64,000 nucleotides of DNA from Schizochytrium sp. TIO01 (lineage: Eukaryota > Protista > Bigyra: Labyrinthulomycetes), in assembly GCA_004764695.1 (NCBI GenBank), contig SMSO01000014.1, positions 4,226,845 through 4,290,844 of the forward strand, in the 5' to 3' direction. Shown piece after piece: positions 32,999-43,530 of the stretch; position 1 is the first letter of the stretch; each line of letters starts with the position of its first letter. The position numbers and the translations under genes are program-made. The notes beneath the pieces were generated by a model. It was given only the letters and a program-made list of their open reading frames with translations, was not told the DNA's origin and made no database searches.

Positions 32999-35900
32999 AT
33001 GCTCATTCGTAAGGGTCTAGAAAACGACATTAGAATACTGAAGCATTCCTTAAAATATATCCAAGCAACCAAAAACAATCAGACTGACATGCTGGACAAG
33101 CTGAACCGTAAACTTGTTCAGGTCTCACAGCAAAAGAAAGACCTATCTACAGAAAATTCGAAATTAAAATCCCAGATTCTAGATAACATGGAAAGATATT
33201 CTTTTGACGAGAGTGAGGGTGGTGATGACTCCGATGGTTCGATCGACCCAGAATCGTTTAGGAATGGTCTCGAGGCTCTAAAGGAAGGAAATTTTATTTC
33301 AGAGACAGATGCTACAAACATTACAAACATTCTTTTACGTGCCGATACAGAAGATGAGGAAAACATAGTAAGACGTCTCATTTGGAAACTTTTGAAAGGT
33401 CAGGGTAGCGACGAGGGTAAGCATGATTTTCTGAGCTCCATTGATCCCTTAGAAAGAAGTAAAATAAAAGAAGCAGATTTCCAGCGTAAATTACTAGAGC
33501 TATTCAATTCAGGAAACCTTAAAGAGGATGAAATGGATGCCCTGATGGAAGTGATAGATGAATGTACATATGGTGAACAGAGAGACGCGATGCTGTCTAT
33601 TCTGAACTCAGTGATTAAGCACTATGACGAAACGATCCAATTCTCAGATAATGTTAGTATATGCTATCCAGAAATCAGCGGAGACACTACCAGACCTGAG
33701 AGAAAGGATATCATAGAACTAATAGTGAAAAGTCTCAAGGAAATTTTCGGTTCAGCTTTCAGTTCGGATCAAATAGTGTCTGGTGTCGAACAAATGAAGA
33801 CACTTTTAACGGAGATCAGTGCAGAAAACTTACAAACGTCCAATCTAATTGATTTAGTTACAAAGAAATTAGAAGAAATTAAAGATCTTCAAGACAAATG
33901 TGATACGAAGGATTTAACGAGCACTTTCACTGAAATGATTGAATTAGTAGATGGTGTGAAAGAGTTTCATTTTGACTCTGAAAATAAAGATCCTGTGTGG
34001 ATGCGACTTTTAACCTCAGGGAACGAACTACTTAATGAGAAGCTAACGACCTACGATTCATTAGTGAACACGCTCAATGAGATTCTTAAACGCCCGGTGA
34101 CTACCGAAAACGTTGCTCAGCTGAAGAGTCAACTTGACAACCTAAAGACAGACTTCATCGAGGAAATCGAAACGATCGCAGGTTACAAGAAGAACATTGC
34201 TACTATTGCGAGCAAGCTAAACTCTGTGGAAAGCTTAGAATTATTTGAACAAGTCAAAACTATTGAAACCAGACTGTCTAAGTTTAAAACTAATTTAGAA
34301 AGTGCTCAAACGCCAGTTCAAGAATTACCGGAGGAAAACGAAGTTACTGAAGTAACTCCTGAAATACCACCTCCTCCACCTTCGAGAGCTATTCCAAATC
34401 CTCCCGCCCTGCAGAGAAATCTGCTTTCGTCGCGAGTCTCTACTTTGAAGGCACCAAAAGGTGAAATAAAATTGATCGACCCAGAATTGTACGATTTTCT
34501 GCTGAAGATTGCGGGTCTACCAAAGGAAGAAGGAAGTGGAGACATTCCTCACGTGAACAAGTCCCTTGATGCGTCTTCTTTAATGATTCCGAACCTACAT
34601 GAGTTGACAACAGGATACTACCATCTCAACACTTTGTATGAGAATACGAAGGCCCTCTTGATAAAGGGAACCGAAGAAGCAAAGGAGGCCTTGGAATCTG
34701 CGAAGAATGTGACAACGTTCGGGCGTTGGTCGAACTACACAGTCTATGCGAGATACATTATCTATAAGTTTATTCTTCTCCAAGATAAGAATAAGAAGAC
34801 TACTCTGACTAGCTTGGTAATTGCTTTGGGATTAAGAACAGAAGACGCAACCATCGGTCGTCTCGCAGAAGCAATCATCTCAAGAATTATTGAGTCAGAC
34901 ACTATCTCATCTAAGCAAGAAATAGAACTCAAAGGTGCTCAAGAAGAGGAGAGGCTTGCAAAGGAACAAGAATTGATCCTTCAATCTACGGAATTAGTAG
35001 ATCTTTCTTCATTGAGCAATGAGAATGTTCAAGAACTTGCATTTCAGGAATTAGGATCGAATAATGTCATGACGTCTGCAATGACCCCTTTGGAAATTAC
35101 AAAGCTTTTCCAGGATGATGGAGCTTCTATTGGTGCCCTTCGATTCCTCTTCTATGAGATGTTTACTGAGTATGATGATAACAATGTCATCATTGCTCCT
35201 GATGAGTCGGACATCAGTAATGATCGCTTAGAATCAATGATTAGACAATCAAACGTCCTCGAATCTCAAAAGACAAAATCGAAGACTTCATTCGACATGA
35301 ACTACATCGAGAATAACAAATTTAAAAACCCAATTGTTGTTGAAGCTGATGACGAACTGTTACGTATCTTGGATTTGGTATTCAAGAAAGCAGATAGTTC
35401 GGATCTTACAGATGACGATATCGATAATCAGACATTTGCTTACTTTTACCGGTCAATGATCGGACCTTTTGCACAGTATAAGGATACAATTATCGATGGG
35501 ACAGAAATGGAAAAGCTGGTCTCGTTAGTAACGGGACGCCTCCGAAAAATCTTGACTCTTCTTAAGCATAGTGAGCAAATTATGAATCAGAAGAAGATAC
35601 AATTTGAAGAAATTGACTCACTACAGTTCACTAACAAAAATATCAACGATTTTATTGATGAGATTAGATTTCTGTTGTTGAATCTGGTCTCTTTGAAGGA
35701 AGCGAACTTTACAGGTGCAGCGAAGAAAGAAGTAGAATATTTGCATATTCTCTTCAGAGTAGTTGGAATTGAGGCAACCTTTAGAAATGTCCTGTATCGT
35801 CGCCTCTTCCTGATTGCCGATAAGAAAGAGCACCGAGAAATCGTGGAGGAGGATATGATCCCCAATGGATTTTCAATGGTTGGTGCCTTGGATTTGGCGC

Positions 35901-36748
35901 CATTAATGCTTTTGAAAACAATTAATACACTTTGTGGGAAAAAGGAGTTCACAGATGACGAAGTGAAACAATACCTCGCAGTGGAAGTATTGACACTGAT
36001 GAATTTCTTCACAGGGCACTTTGAAGGACATAATCAAGGTGATCTAGAAGAAATCTTTAGCAAGTCAGATGTTAAGAATTTCCGTACTATTGTCTCACCG
36101 CGAGAGGGAATGACGGCAAATGTGACCCCGCTTGTCTGTCATGACGTAGTACCAGCACTCTTTAATAAGGTTAGCCAAAAGGTCACGCCTTTTGATGTAG
36201 AACTAAAAATGGCCTGGAAAAAAACTGATAAAAACTCATTTGTGAACATTGGTGATCCATATGTTTCAAGAATGGAGTCTTTGAAAATCTTTCAGTTAAT
36301 TCAACAAAGACTCGGCGATCTAAAACCAATTTTCCCTGAAATTGCAACGCAAATATCATCTATTTCAGAACTTAAGACTCTTCAAATTTATGACACAAAG
36401 CAAGAGGAAGCTCAATCAGTGGAACTTGTCGGTGACATCTACACAACTAGTGAAGAGAAAAAGTTTGCTCTGAAGTTCATTGTCAAGAATTTATTAGTTG
36501 AGAATGAATACTTCAAATTAGACAATCCCACTAAAAATTTACCCAAGGTCACCCCGAGTGCGTCACAACAGTCTTGTATTCTAACGTTATTTCTGAATGA
36601 TTACATCAAGGTTTGCTTACACCAAGATTCGTATAACTTACTTCCAAAAGAAAAATTTCAATCTGAACTTCAGTTTGCAGGAAACATCTTTGGTGAGGAT
36701 CAGGATATTGTATCTTTAGTATTGGGCGTAATGAGGGAGGAGCCTTAA
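32999..36748 (+). CDS. 1249-aa acidic helical/coiled-coil orphan protein
   Basis: Long uninterrupted ORF, E/D/K/L/I-rich, with a central PPPPPSRAIPNPP hinge; no family recognised. Confidence 0.8.
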   Translation: MLIRKGLENDIRILKHSLKYIQATKNNQTDMLDKLNRKLVQVSQQKKDLSTENSKLKSQILDNMERYSFDESEGGDDSDGSIDPESFRNGLEALKEGNFISETDATNITNILLRADTEDEENIVRRLIWKLLKGQGSDEGKHDFLSSIDPLERSKIKEADFQRKLLELFNSGNLKEDEMDALMEVIDECTYGEQRDAMLSILNSVIKHYDETIQFSDNVSICYPEISGDTTRPERKDIIELIVKSLKEIFGSAFSSDQIVSGVEQMKTLLTEISAENLQTSNLIDLVTKKLEEIKDLQDKCDTKDLTSTFTEMIELVDGVKEFHFDSENKDPVWMRLLTSGNELLNEKLTTYDSLVNTLNEILKRPVTTENVAQLKSQLDNLKTDFIEEIETIAGYKKNIATIASKLNSVESLELFEQVKTIETRLSKFKTNLESAQTPVQELPEENEVTEVTPEIPPPPPSRAIPNPPALQRNLLSSRVSTLKAPKGEIKLIDPELYDFLLKIAGLPKEEGSGDIPHVNKSLDASSLMIPNLHELTTGYYHLNTLYENTKALLIKGTEEAKEALESAKNVTTFGRWSNYTVYARYIIYKFILLQDKNKKTTLTSLVIALGLRTEDATIGRLAEAIISRIIESDTISSKQEIELKGAQEEERLAKEQELILQSTELVDLSSLSNENVQELAFQELGSNNVMTSAMTPLEITKLFQDDGASIGALRFLFYEMFTEYDDNNVIIAPDESDISNDRLESMIRQSNVLESQKTKSKTSFDMNYIENNKFKNPIVVEADDELLRILDLVFKKADSSDLTDDDIDNQTFAYFYRSMIGPFAQYKDTIIDGTEMEKLVSLVTGRLRKILTLLKHSEQIMNQKKIQFEEIDSLQFTNKNINDFIDEIRFLLLNLVSLKEANFTGAAKKEVEYLHILFRVVGIEATFRNVLYRRLFLIADKKEHREIVEEDMIPNGFSMVGALDLAPLMLLKTINTLCGKKEFTDDEVKQYLAVEVLTLMNFFTGHFEGHNQGDLEEIFSKSDVKNFRTIVSPREGMTANVTPLVCHDVVPALFNKVSQKVTPFDVELKMAWKKTDKNSFVNIGDPYVSRMESLKIFQLIQQRLGDLKPIFPEIATQISSISELKTLQIYDTKQEEAQSVELVGDIYTTSEEKKFALKFIVKNLLVENEYFKLDNPTKNLPKVTPSASQQSCILTLFLNDYIKVCLHQDSYNLLPKEKFQSELQFAGNIFGEDQDIVSLVLGVMREEP

Positions 36749-36913
36749 TTACCTCCCTTTGTTAAAATATCTTGAAAGACAGATTACAGGGAACTTTCAA
36801 ATTAGGATTTAAATTAATGAAGTATCATATCTTCTTCTATTCTGTATGAACAATATTATTATTATTATTATTAAAAACTAAGCGAACCATGACCTTGAAA
36901 TGGCTTGGCTTTA

Positions 36914-39727
36914 TTAGACAATCTCGTTGTTCTCTAGATGCGCCTCTGTATTGTTGGTCCTTGACAAAGTCCGGAAATCCTTTGCCGCGTCAATGCCAAA
37001 TGCCTCCGCGAGCAGGTTAAAATCTTCTTCGCGGAGGGCTTCGCTGCGAGACTTCTTGCTGCGCTCCAGGTCGATAAACTTCACATTGCTAGCATCATCG
37101 ACAACAATATTCCGCAATGCCACATCTCCATGGATAAAACCAGCCTTATGGATCTTGTCGAGAGCTAAAGCAGCCTTCCAGTACAGTTCCTCAAGTCCAC
37201 CGTACTCTTCTAATTCCTGCGTATGTAGATCGCACAGTGATTTACCACACTGCTCCGTCGCAAAAACTACCAGGTTCAGAGTCTCGTCGAGACCGCAAGC
37301 TGTTACCCGTGGTACTACATCACCCTGCAGCGCGTGCAGAGCTGCGTATACTTGACCCTCATGTCCAAGTGCATACGCAGAATCATGCAGTGCGTAAGTC
37401 GTCTTGACGAAGCTAGAGACGCCGTTGATCATGATGTCCGGATATCCTACAGCTTTACCGCCCAGAACAGTTCGCATATTGGGGGTCTCCAAGTTAGGGC
37501 CCAGTCGAAACGCAGCAAAGACGGCAGCATTTCTTTGTGGTCCACGATTTCTAGATCTGCGTGCCCTTGTGGAGTTGCCATTCCGACTTGTACTATTGTT
37601 AGTACTGGTGCTAGAACTGCCTTCCGAAGAACGTTGTTCGACTGAAACAACGACTTTGCCTTTTATAATATTATCCACAGTTTCTTTTGTGTCTTCACTT
37701 CCGTCCTTTAGCCATTCTAAGTTCATATTACCACGGGTAGGGTTGTGATCTTTAAGTGCACGATAGAGAAAAACGAGCCACGCTTGACCAAGTGACCAGT
37801 TCCCTGGATTGGAACGACCTTCGTTATCGTTTCTATTTGAGTAGAAAGCTTCGCTCACCTTAACAGTCCGATTTTTGGAATCGCGACGGAAAAAGTACGT
37901 CTGCGGTCCATTCGTCAATGCACCAAAATTAACGGCTGTAGACACCATGTAAAGACAAAGTTGGGCAACGGAACTCCCTATAGTACGAATAACCAGACTT
38001 CTCCTCTTCGCGGCGCGAGGAGGAGGTTCTCTCACTTCAGTTTCTTCAATGACCTGTTTAAAATACTCGTATTTATCAGGATTTTCCTTTTTTGCAACCT
38101 CTTTGTTTCTAGGTGCCCACTTTTCGAAGTAGTACCTATTAATCAGATCAATAGGATGTTCCTTCAAGGTTTCAGGTGTCTTGCACTCGAGCATAGTCAA
38201 TATTGCCTTGGTCAGCAGAGTATTAAGCTCAGCAGATAGATTTTCGCGCACTTTTCCTCTCGTTTTATCCTCATCCCTCAGTTGCTTACGAATCTTCTCC
38301 TCCTTCGTCTTATCCTTGACAGATATTTGCATATCAACCCTTCGATGATAAATAGACGCTGCAACTTGTATTGCTGCTTCCATTTTTGTGTCGATCGCAA
38401 AGTTTCCGTCGTTCGTGTATGTAATTACATCCTTTAGAACATTCTTCATTCCAGCCTTTAAAATGTACCCTAATATCTTCATCATGTATCCATGAACTTC
38501 AGATTCTGGGAAACAATCATACGAATCAGACTCCAGAGCATAACATTCCTCAATGAACATTTTCCTCTTTCTGGAGAACAGTTCAATTGCAGCATCAGAC
38601 TCGGGATCCTTCTCAATTTCCCAACCTTCAGCGTAGAGTGGCATGAAGTATTCAGGGACCTCTGTCGTAGCTTTCGACATCTGTGATGTCTGGGCTTTTC
38701 GACCCTTCGGCTTCTCGCGTTGTGCGGAACTTTCGGCAGCGGACTGGCTCACAGCAACTCGCTTTGCTCTATCATCGAATGAGTCTTCGCGGTCCTCTTC
38801 GTCTTCGCGGTCCTCTTCGTCTTCATTCTCTACGTCTTGACGGTTCCTTTTCGACGTTGTTGAAAAGATTCGCTTGGTTTCGATCGTTGCTGGATCTTGA
38901 GCGAAGTGATCCCAGATGGTTGCAGTGTCTTCGAAATTAAGAATTTTCTTGATTAACTTTCTCGAAAAGGTATTGTTTGCAGCTTGATCCTTATTTGGGA
39001 GGAGGCATCCTTCATCGCCAAGTTGCTCAATGCGAGAACGCAAACTTTTCTCTGAGCCTTTATCTTGAATAAGCTCTAGCATCTGTTCGTCGTCATTAAC
39101 GAGAGCGATGACCTCCTCCGCAGACATTTGGCTGATAACTTCCGGAGTCAGTGAAGTAGGACGGCTGGACGAAGAAGAGGGTTCCCAGATGGTTGTAGAC
39201 CTTTGCAAATCCGCGATTCTCTGGGTTAACTCTTCTGAAAAGTCGTCGTTTGCAGCTTGATCCTTATTTGGGAGGAGGCTTCCTTCGTTGGTAAAAGCGA
39301 AAATTTGAGAGGTTAACTTTCGAATCAAGCCTTTATGTTGAATAAGCTCTAGCATACGTTCGTCGTCGTCAACGAGAGCGATGAGCTCCTCCACAGACAT
39401 TTGACCGATATCTTCCTGAGTCAGTGGAGGAGGAGGACGGCTGGACGAAGAAGAGGGTAGCATGGCTCTCCCTGCTGATGCGACGGCAGAGATACCGCGT
39501 CTAAGTACCGATCGCTTGCCCCTTCCAGCATCACCGCCGCGTCTTTGGTCAGTTGTCAGCCATTTTCCTTGTTTCGGTTTTGCAGGGCTATTTGCTTTTT
39601 CTTTTGCTGGAGTGAAGGCGCGTGCAGCAGCAGTGGAAACAGAGGTAGTGTGATGTGAGGGGGAAAGAAGAAGGAAAACTTTACTTTCGTCTATCACTGT
39701 CGATAGAATTAAATCTACTCTACTCAA
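36914..39727 (-). CDS. REase-fold (PD-(D/E)xK-like) + protein kinase-like fusion with a duplicated N-terminal module; true start uncertain
   Basis: C-terminal HEGQVYAALHALQGDVVP, IHKAGFIHGDVALRNIVV and KFIDLE kinase motifs; central RRVDMQI...MLECKTP...QLCLYM...FGALTNG. The ORF-track start is TTG; first ATG near 39463. Confidence 0.75.
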   Translation of the reverse strand: MSRVDLILSTVIDESKVFLLLSPSHHTTSVSTAAARAFTPAKEKANSPAKPKQGKWLTTDQRRGGDAGRGKRSVLRRGISAVASAGRAMLPSSSSSRPPPPLTQEDIGQMSVEELIALVDDDERMLELIQHKGLIRKLTSQIFAFTNEGSLLPNKDQAANDDFSEELTQRIADLQRSTTIWEPSSSSSRPTSLTPEVISQMSAEEVIALVNDDEQMLELIQDKGSEKSLRSRIEQLGDEGCLLPNKDQAANNTFSRKLIKKILNFEDTATIWDHFAQDPATIETKRIFSTTSKRNRQDVENEDEEDREDEEDREDSFDDRAKRVAVSQSAAESSAQREKPKGRKAQTSQMSKATTEVPEYFMPLYAEGWEIEKDPESDAAIELFSRKRKMFIEECYALESDSYDCFPESEVHGYMMKILGYILKAGMKNVLKDVITYTNDGNFAIDTKMEAAIQVAASIYHRRVDMQISVKDKTKEEKIRKQLRDEDKTRGKVRENLSAELNTLLTKAILTMLECKTPETLKEHPIDLINRYYFEKWAPRNKEVAKKENPDKYEYFKQVIEETEVREPPPRAAKRRSLVIRTIGSSVAQLCLYMVSTAVNFGALTNGPQTYFFRRDSKNRTVKVSEAFYSNRNDNEGRSNPGNWSLGQAWLVFLYRALKDHNPTRGNMNLEWLKDGSEDTKETVDNIIKGKVVVSVEQRSSEGSSSTSTNNSTSRNGNSTRARRSRNRGPQRNAAVFAAFRLGPNLETPNMRTVLGGKAVGYPDIMINGVSSFVKTTYALHDSAYALGHEGQVYAALHALQGDVVPRVTACGLDETLNLVVFATEQCGKSLCDLHTQELEEYGGLEELYWKAALALDKIHKAGFIHGDVALRNIVVDDASNVKFIDLERSKKSRSEALREEDFNLLAEAFGIDAAKDFRTLSRTNNTEAHLENNEIV
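38911..39459. repeat. Intragenic tandem duplication, period 273 bp (91 aa)
   Basis: cccagatggttg starts at 38911 and 39184; both copies share tttgcagcttgatccttatttgggaggaggc, tgaataagctctagcat and ggacggctggacgaagaagagggt. Confidence 0.9.
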
Positions 39728-40185
39728 AGTCCTCTAATGACACTAGATAGTACCTTCCTAGTATCTACTTGACTCCTTTCTTTTCTTTTTTTCAATTAAA
39801 AAATAAAATAAAAGATAGTTTGCCTAATTGATTAAGTATCTGAACTGTTTAAAAAAAAATAAGTCGTCTTTTTTTGTCTACCAGAGAGATGGGAAACACA
39901 AAAAGTATAGGTGTGTAGGTTGTGTATTCTTTCCCCGCTCGACTTGAGAAAAGCGTACCCCTGTTTCATAAAAGGGTAGCTCGTAGGATAGTTGAGTCAT
40001 TCTGAACTCCGAGAATGCGGTTCCAATAAATCAAGAATTAATGAAGGGAGTGGAAAACTCCTAATTGACCAGTAAACTAAACTATTCATTTCTTTTCTTT
40101 TCTTTTCTTATTAAAAACTAAATAGTCGACTCCCAGATATAAGGTTGGTTACCTTTTTTTTTTCTCTTTCGTGTTTTTAATCTTG

Positions 40186-41270
40186 TTAACTTGCTACTTT
40201 ACAATAAAAAGTAGCGTGAGGGTAGTCTTTCCATAATGAAATAAGGTAGGGGTGCATAACAAGGATCCCATCATAGATGTGTCGTCCTGAGTTATAGACT
40301 ATACTTGGTGGGTTTATTGTAGAGAACCTGTTGATAAACATGTCATAAATAGTGACTTTTGCACCTTCCATAGTAAGCATTTGTGCAATTTCGGAAATTG
40401 GAGATTCATCGTGCTCTGAAGCCCCTGGTTGATTTCCGAATCCTACTATCAGGAAAGCCTTTTGGTGTACCTTATCAAGGTCGCCTGAGCAGTATCTATT
40501 TACGATATCTTGGAAGATGAAGCGCGGGCGTAGACAGAGCTGTTCAATAGCTGTAGTTAATAAGGGAAACTTCTCTTCACTACCGATCAGCGAAGCAAAG
40601 TTATACTTGATTCCTAAAGATGGGTGGTCATTTTGATAATTGGTCCAGATAAAGTTCGAGCCTTCAATTGCATCGCGCATCGATATCTCTTTGCTAAAAT
40701 TGGCAGAAAACTCATCGATAGCAGCTTGAATAGCAGCTCTTTTTGCCAAGTCCAGAAGAGTTGCGCACTCAGCAGCTTCTGCAGTTTCTGTAATGTAGAT
40801 GTGAGTATAAAACAATGATAAAAATGGCAAAATCACTTGTGCAGCTTCTCTTGAGTTTGCTCCTAACAGTCTCGGTGAGTCACGCGGTGCTTCAAATAGA
40901 AGCGAGGGACACCGGTGAATAATGTTTAGGGGGTATGCGATGGGAATTTCACCTGCAGTTGCCTTAACAAACTTCCCAACTGTACCAACCGGGATTACAG
41001 TTTCTATAATGACCATCCGGGGCTTGACGTTTTGATAATTGGGATGGCACAGAGCAATGTTTGAATGCTAACTGATGGCTCAAAATCTTGTCCAATACAT
41101 ACTAGACATATATCGATATTTTCCAACTTTGCACTTGCATTTCCCAGCTTTAGGTCATAAATTGTAGCGGCTATGTCATCGTGGTTACTAAAATGATCAA
41201 GATTGTTTTTAATCATGATTCGACTTTGACTGCTTTCGCCAATATTTGCAATTAATAAAACCTTTTGCAT
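40186..41270 (-). pseudogene. Degenerate UDP-glucose/GDP-mannose (nucleotide-sugar) dehydrogenase-like gene, one frameshift near 41017
   Basis: DICLVCI, VIIETVIPVGT, TAEAAECATLL, LIVGFGNQPGASEHDESP and GAKVTIYD match the family layout; ORFs 41004..41270 and 40186..41016 join with a 1-nt shift. Confidence 0.7.
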
Positions 41271-41302
41271 GATCTCCCGATAATAACCATTAGCACACTT
41301 GC

Positions 41303-41335
41303 TATATAAAGGAATAGTTCTCTCATTATATAAAG
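41303..41335. promoter_or_regulatory. Two TATATAAAG boxes in a divergent intergenic region
   Basis: Exact TATATAAAG at 41303-41311 and 41327-41335 between genes starting at 41270(-) and 41487(+); TATATAAG also at 43475-43482 in the next divergent gap. Confidence 0.4.
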
Positions 41336-41486
41336 ATGATAAATTACTTTCAAGTACAAGATAGGAAAAATAGAAATCTTCTTAGTTCATATATGTAATG
41401 GAAAGCTTTTCACTAAGTTCAGTGTGGGAGACTTGTAAGAACACAGTAGCATTTTTCCTCAATTATTTGCATTCCTTCTTTAACGA

Positions 41487-41936
41487 ATGAATGATGTTTA
41501 CTACGTACCTGTAGTAGAGACCTTGCATGCAGGAATGATAGTCTCCAAGCTTTTGTGTCCTATCAAAGTTCAATTATTCCGTTCATCCTCGGATTATAAT
41601 TTGTGGTGGAGGTACACAAGATCTGCTCCAGAAATCCGTGCTGCGAGTCAATCAAGAATATTGACAGTTCCCTGTCCGGGAGAAGACGCACTTTTATCAC
41701 ACTATCTCGCCCATGCGATACACTCGTTTTATCTCTTCAACGAAACAATGAACCTGGAGCGGATAGGCAAATTTTCATTGAGTAATTTTACTTTTACTTA
41801 TTCTATAGATCATGGTGAGATCATCTATGTTCCTTTTCTTCCCTGGCATGCAGTATCAGTAACTTTTAAAAGTGGTGCTGGTGATGATCTTGAGTCTGGA
41901 TATATGTCCATCAGTGTTTGTTCGCCCATGGTGTAA
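41487..41936 (+). CDS. Hypothetical protein (149 aa)
   Basis: ATG ORF filling the gap in the gene-dense block; no motif recognised. Confidence 0.45.
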   Translation: MNDVYYVPVVETLHAGMIVSKLLCPIKVQLFRSSSDYNLWWRYTRSAPEIRAASQSRILTVPCPGEDALLSHYLAHAIHSFYLFNETMNLERIGKFSLSNFTFTYSIDHGEIIYVPFLPWHAVSVTFKSGAGDDLESGYMSISVCSPMV

Positions 41937-42076
41937 CTAAGAATGGTCAACAGAACAGATGGTCTTACAGTGAAGCATAAGCTTTTAATTACTTTTTTTC
42001 TTCTTTAAGCTTTAAACCATTAATAATAATAATAATAATAATTATAGTAATAATATTAATTATAACAAGTAAGACC

Positions 42077-42890
42077 ATGGGACATATTATTCGAACAGAA
42101 ACAAGCTTAAAGCTTTACAGGTTTATTATTCGAGTAAACATAACTTTGGATGAGTTTGCTCATACTCACCGGAACTGTGTCCTTTCAGTCTCCAGTGACT
42201 GACGATGTACGCATTACGAAAAGGCCTTCACGATGAACATCTTCGATGCCAAAAAGTTACCCTACCCTGCGCTCGTTTGCATGGTTTTTACAATGACAAT
42301 GGAGTCCGACGCATTCATTCCAGTATTTGAATCGTTGTTTGGAGTTTTCAAAAGAAGATATTGATAAACCGACCTTGGTAAATTGGGTAGAGAAGTACTA
42401 TACACCTCACAAGCCCCTTGATCTCGAGGGTTTGTTTCTTAGCTTGAACTCCTTGGCTTCAGTTTCACTAAAAGTAAAAGGTCGAAAACAAAAACCACGG
42501 GTACTGCCCTCATATGATGTTCATAAAAGTGACGAGCTTGAAGGGTATGACAGTGATTATAACAACAGGAGGGCAAATCAATTTGCAAAGTCACTAACTC
42601 TTTCTACCAAAGAGGATGACGGCTCTAGTCCAGCCCTCTCAATGGACCAGCAATCATTCTGTGCACTCGTAGTACATCCATTTCCAGAAGCGACACATCT
42701 TGCAATCGAGGTCTTTTCGAGCGGTGTGCTCAATGTAGCAGGGATCCCTACAGATGAAATCTTTGAACACTTAACACATTATGTAAATACGAAGCTTGGT
42801 CCTTTGATGGAACAACACGCTTTAAAGAGTAACGAGTTAAACGAAAGAGAAAGTGAGGAAGAAGATCGGTGGGATTTACTTTTTGGATAA
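42077..42890 (+). pseudogene. Divergent TATA-binding-protein-like gene, 5' half disrupted
   Basis: ORF 42327..42890 has LDLEGLF and FCALVVHPF...LAIEVFSSGVLNVAGI, like the TBP repeat (FPGLIY...LLIFxSGKxxxTG); an upstream broken frame contains SYSPELCP (cf. SYEPELFP). Confidence 0.5.
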
Positions 42891-43439
42891 GCAAGCTCTA
42901 TCATACCAACACGCCTGAAGTATTGCGTCTGCGACATCATCCTGTTTTGCTTTTGGTACTTTAGCCATATCTTTTGGGAAAAGTTCATGGGCTTTAACAA
43001 TCGCAGCAGCTTTATTTGCCCTTCGATTGTTTTCTGCACCACGAACGACCTTCCCTGCGACCTTCCGTGAAGCAGCACCTGTTTTAAAAAATGTCTTGAC
43101 TGACTTTGAGTGAACGATTCTGTATTCAAAACCTTCACAGATGCACATAGAAACGATTGAGTACTGCGCAATGTACATTTTCAGTCTCATCTGATCCTCA
43201 ATGAGGATAATACTCGCTTCTTTGAGCATAGGGTAAATCTTTGAGGTTTCCTTGTTAAACATAAGGTTGTAGATCCCCATTGGAATATTTCTTTGCGACT
43301 TCAGCGCCTTGAGGGATGGTGCGAAGGCGATTCGATCACAATAGACCATCTTTTTGGTTGAGCTATCATAAAGAGCTACGCCAATGTTTATGATTCCGAT
43401 GTCAATGCTGAAGATTAAGCTACTTCTTCTGTCTCCCAT
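42876..43439 (-). CDS. Holliday junction resolvase, poxvirus A22/RuvC-like
   Basis: IFSIDIGIINIGVA, IILIEDQM, VHSKSVK, NKAAAI and KQDDVADAILQA carry the acidic catalytic positions of the family; first ATG 43439. Confidence 0.88.
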   Translation of the reverse strand: MGDRRSSLIFSIDIGIINIGVALYDSSTKKMVYCDRIAFAPSLKALKSQRNIPMGIYNLMFNKETSKIYPMLKEASIILIEDQMRLKMYIAQYSIVSMCICEGFEYRIVHSKSVKTFFKTGAASRKVAGKVVRGAENNRRANKAAAIVKAHELFPKDMAKVPKAKQDDVADAILQACWYDRACLSKK

Positions 43440-43530
43440 AATTTTCAATCAGAACTTGTTCATCTTGGATTCAATATATAAGTACAAATGTGAGGGGAAT
43501 GTCCAGTAAGGGCACAAAAGAGTTGGACTA

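Noticed and set aside
39607-39684. Possible 78-nt GT..AG intron in the 5' part of the REase-kinase gene
   Set aside because: It is in frame and stop-free, and no upstream ATG exon was identified; needs RNA evidence.
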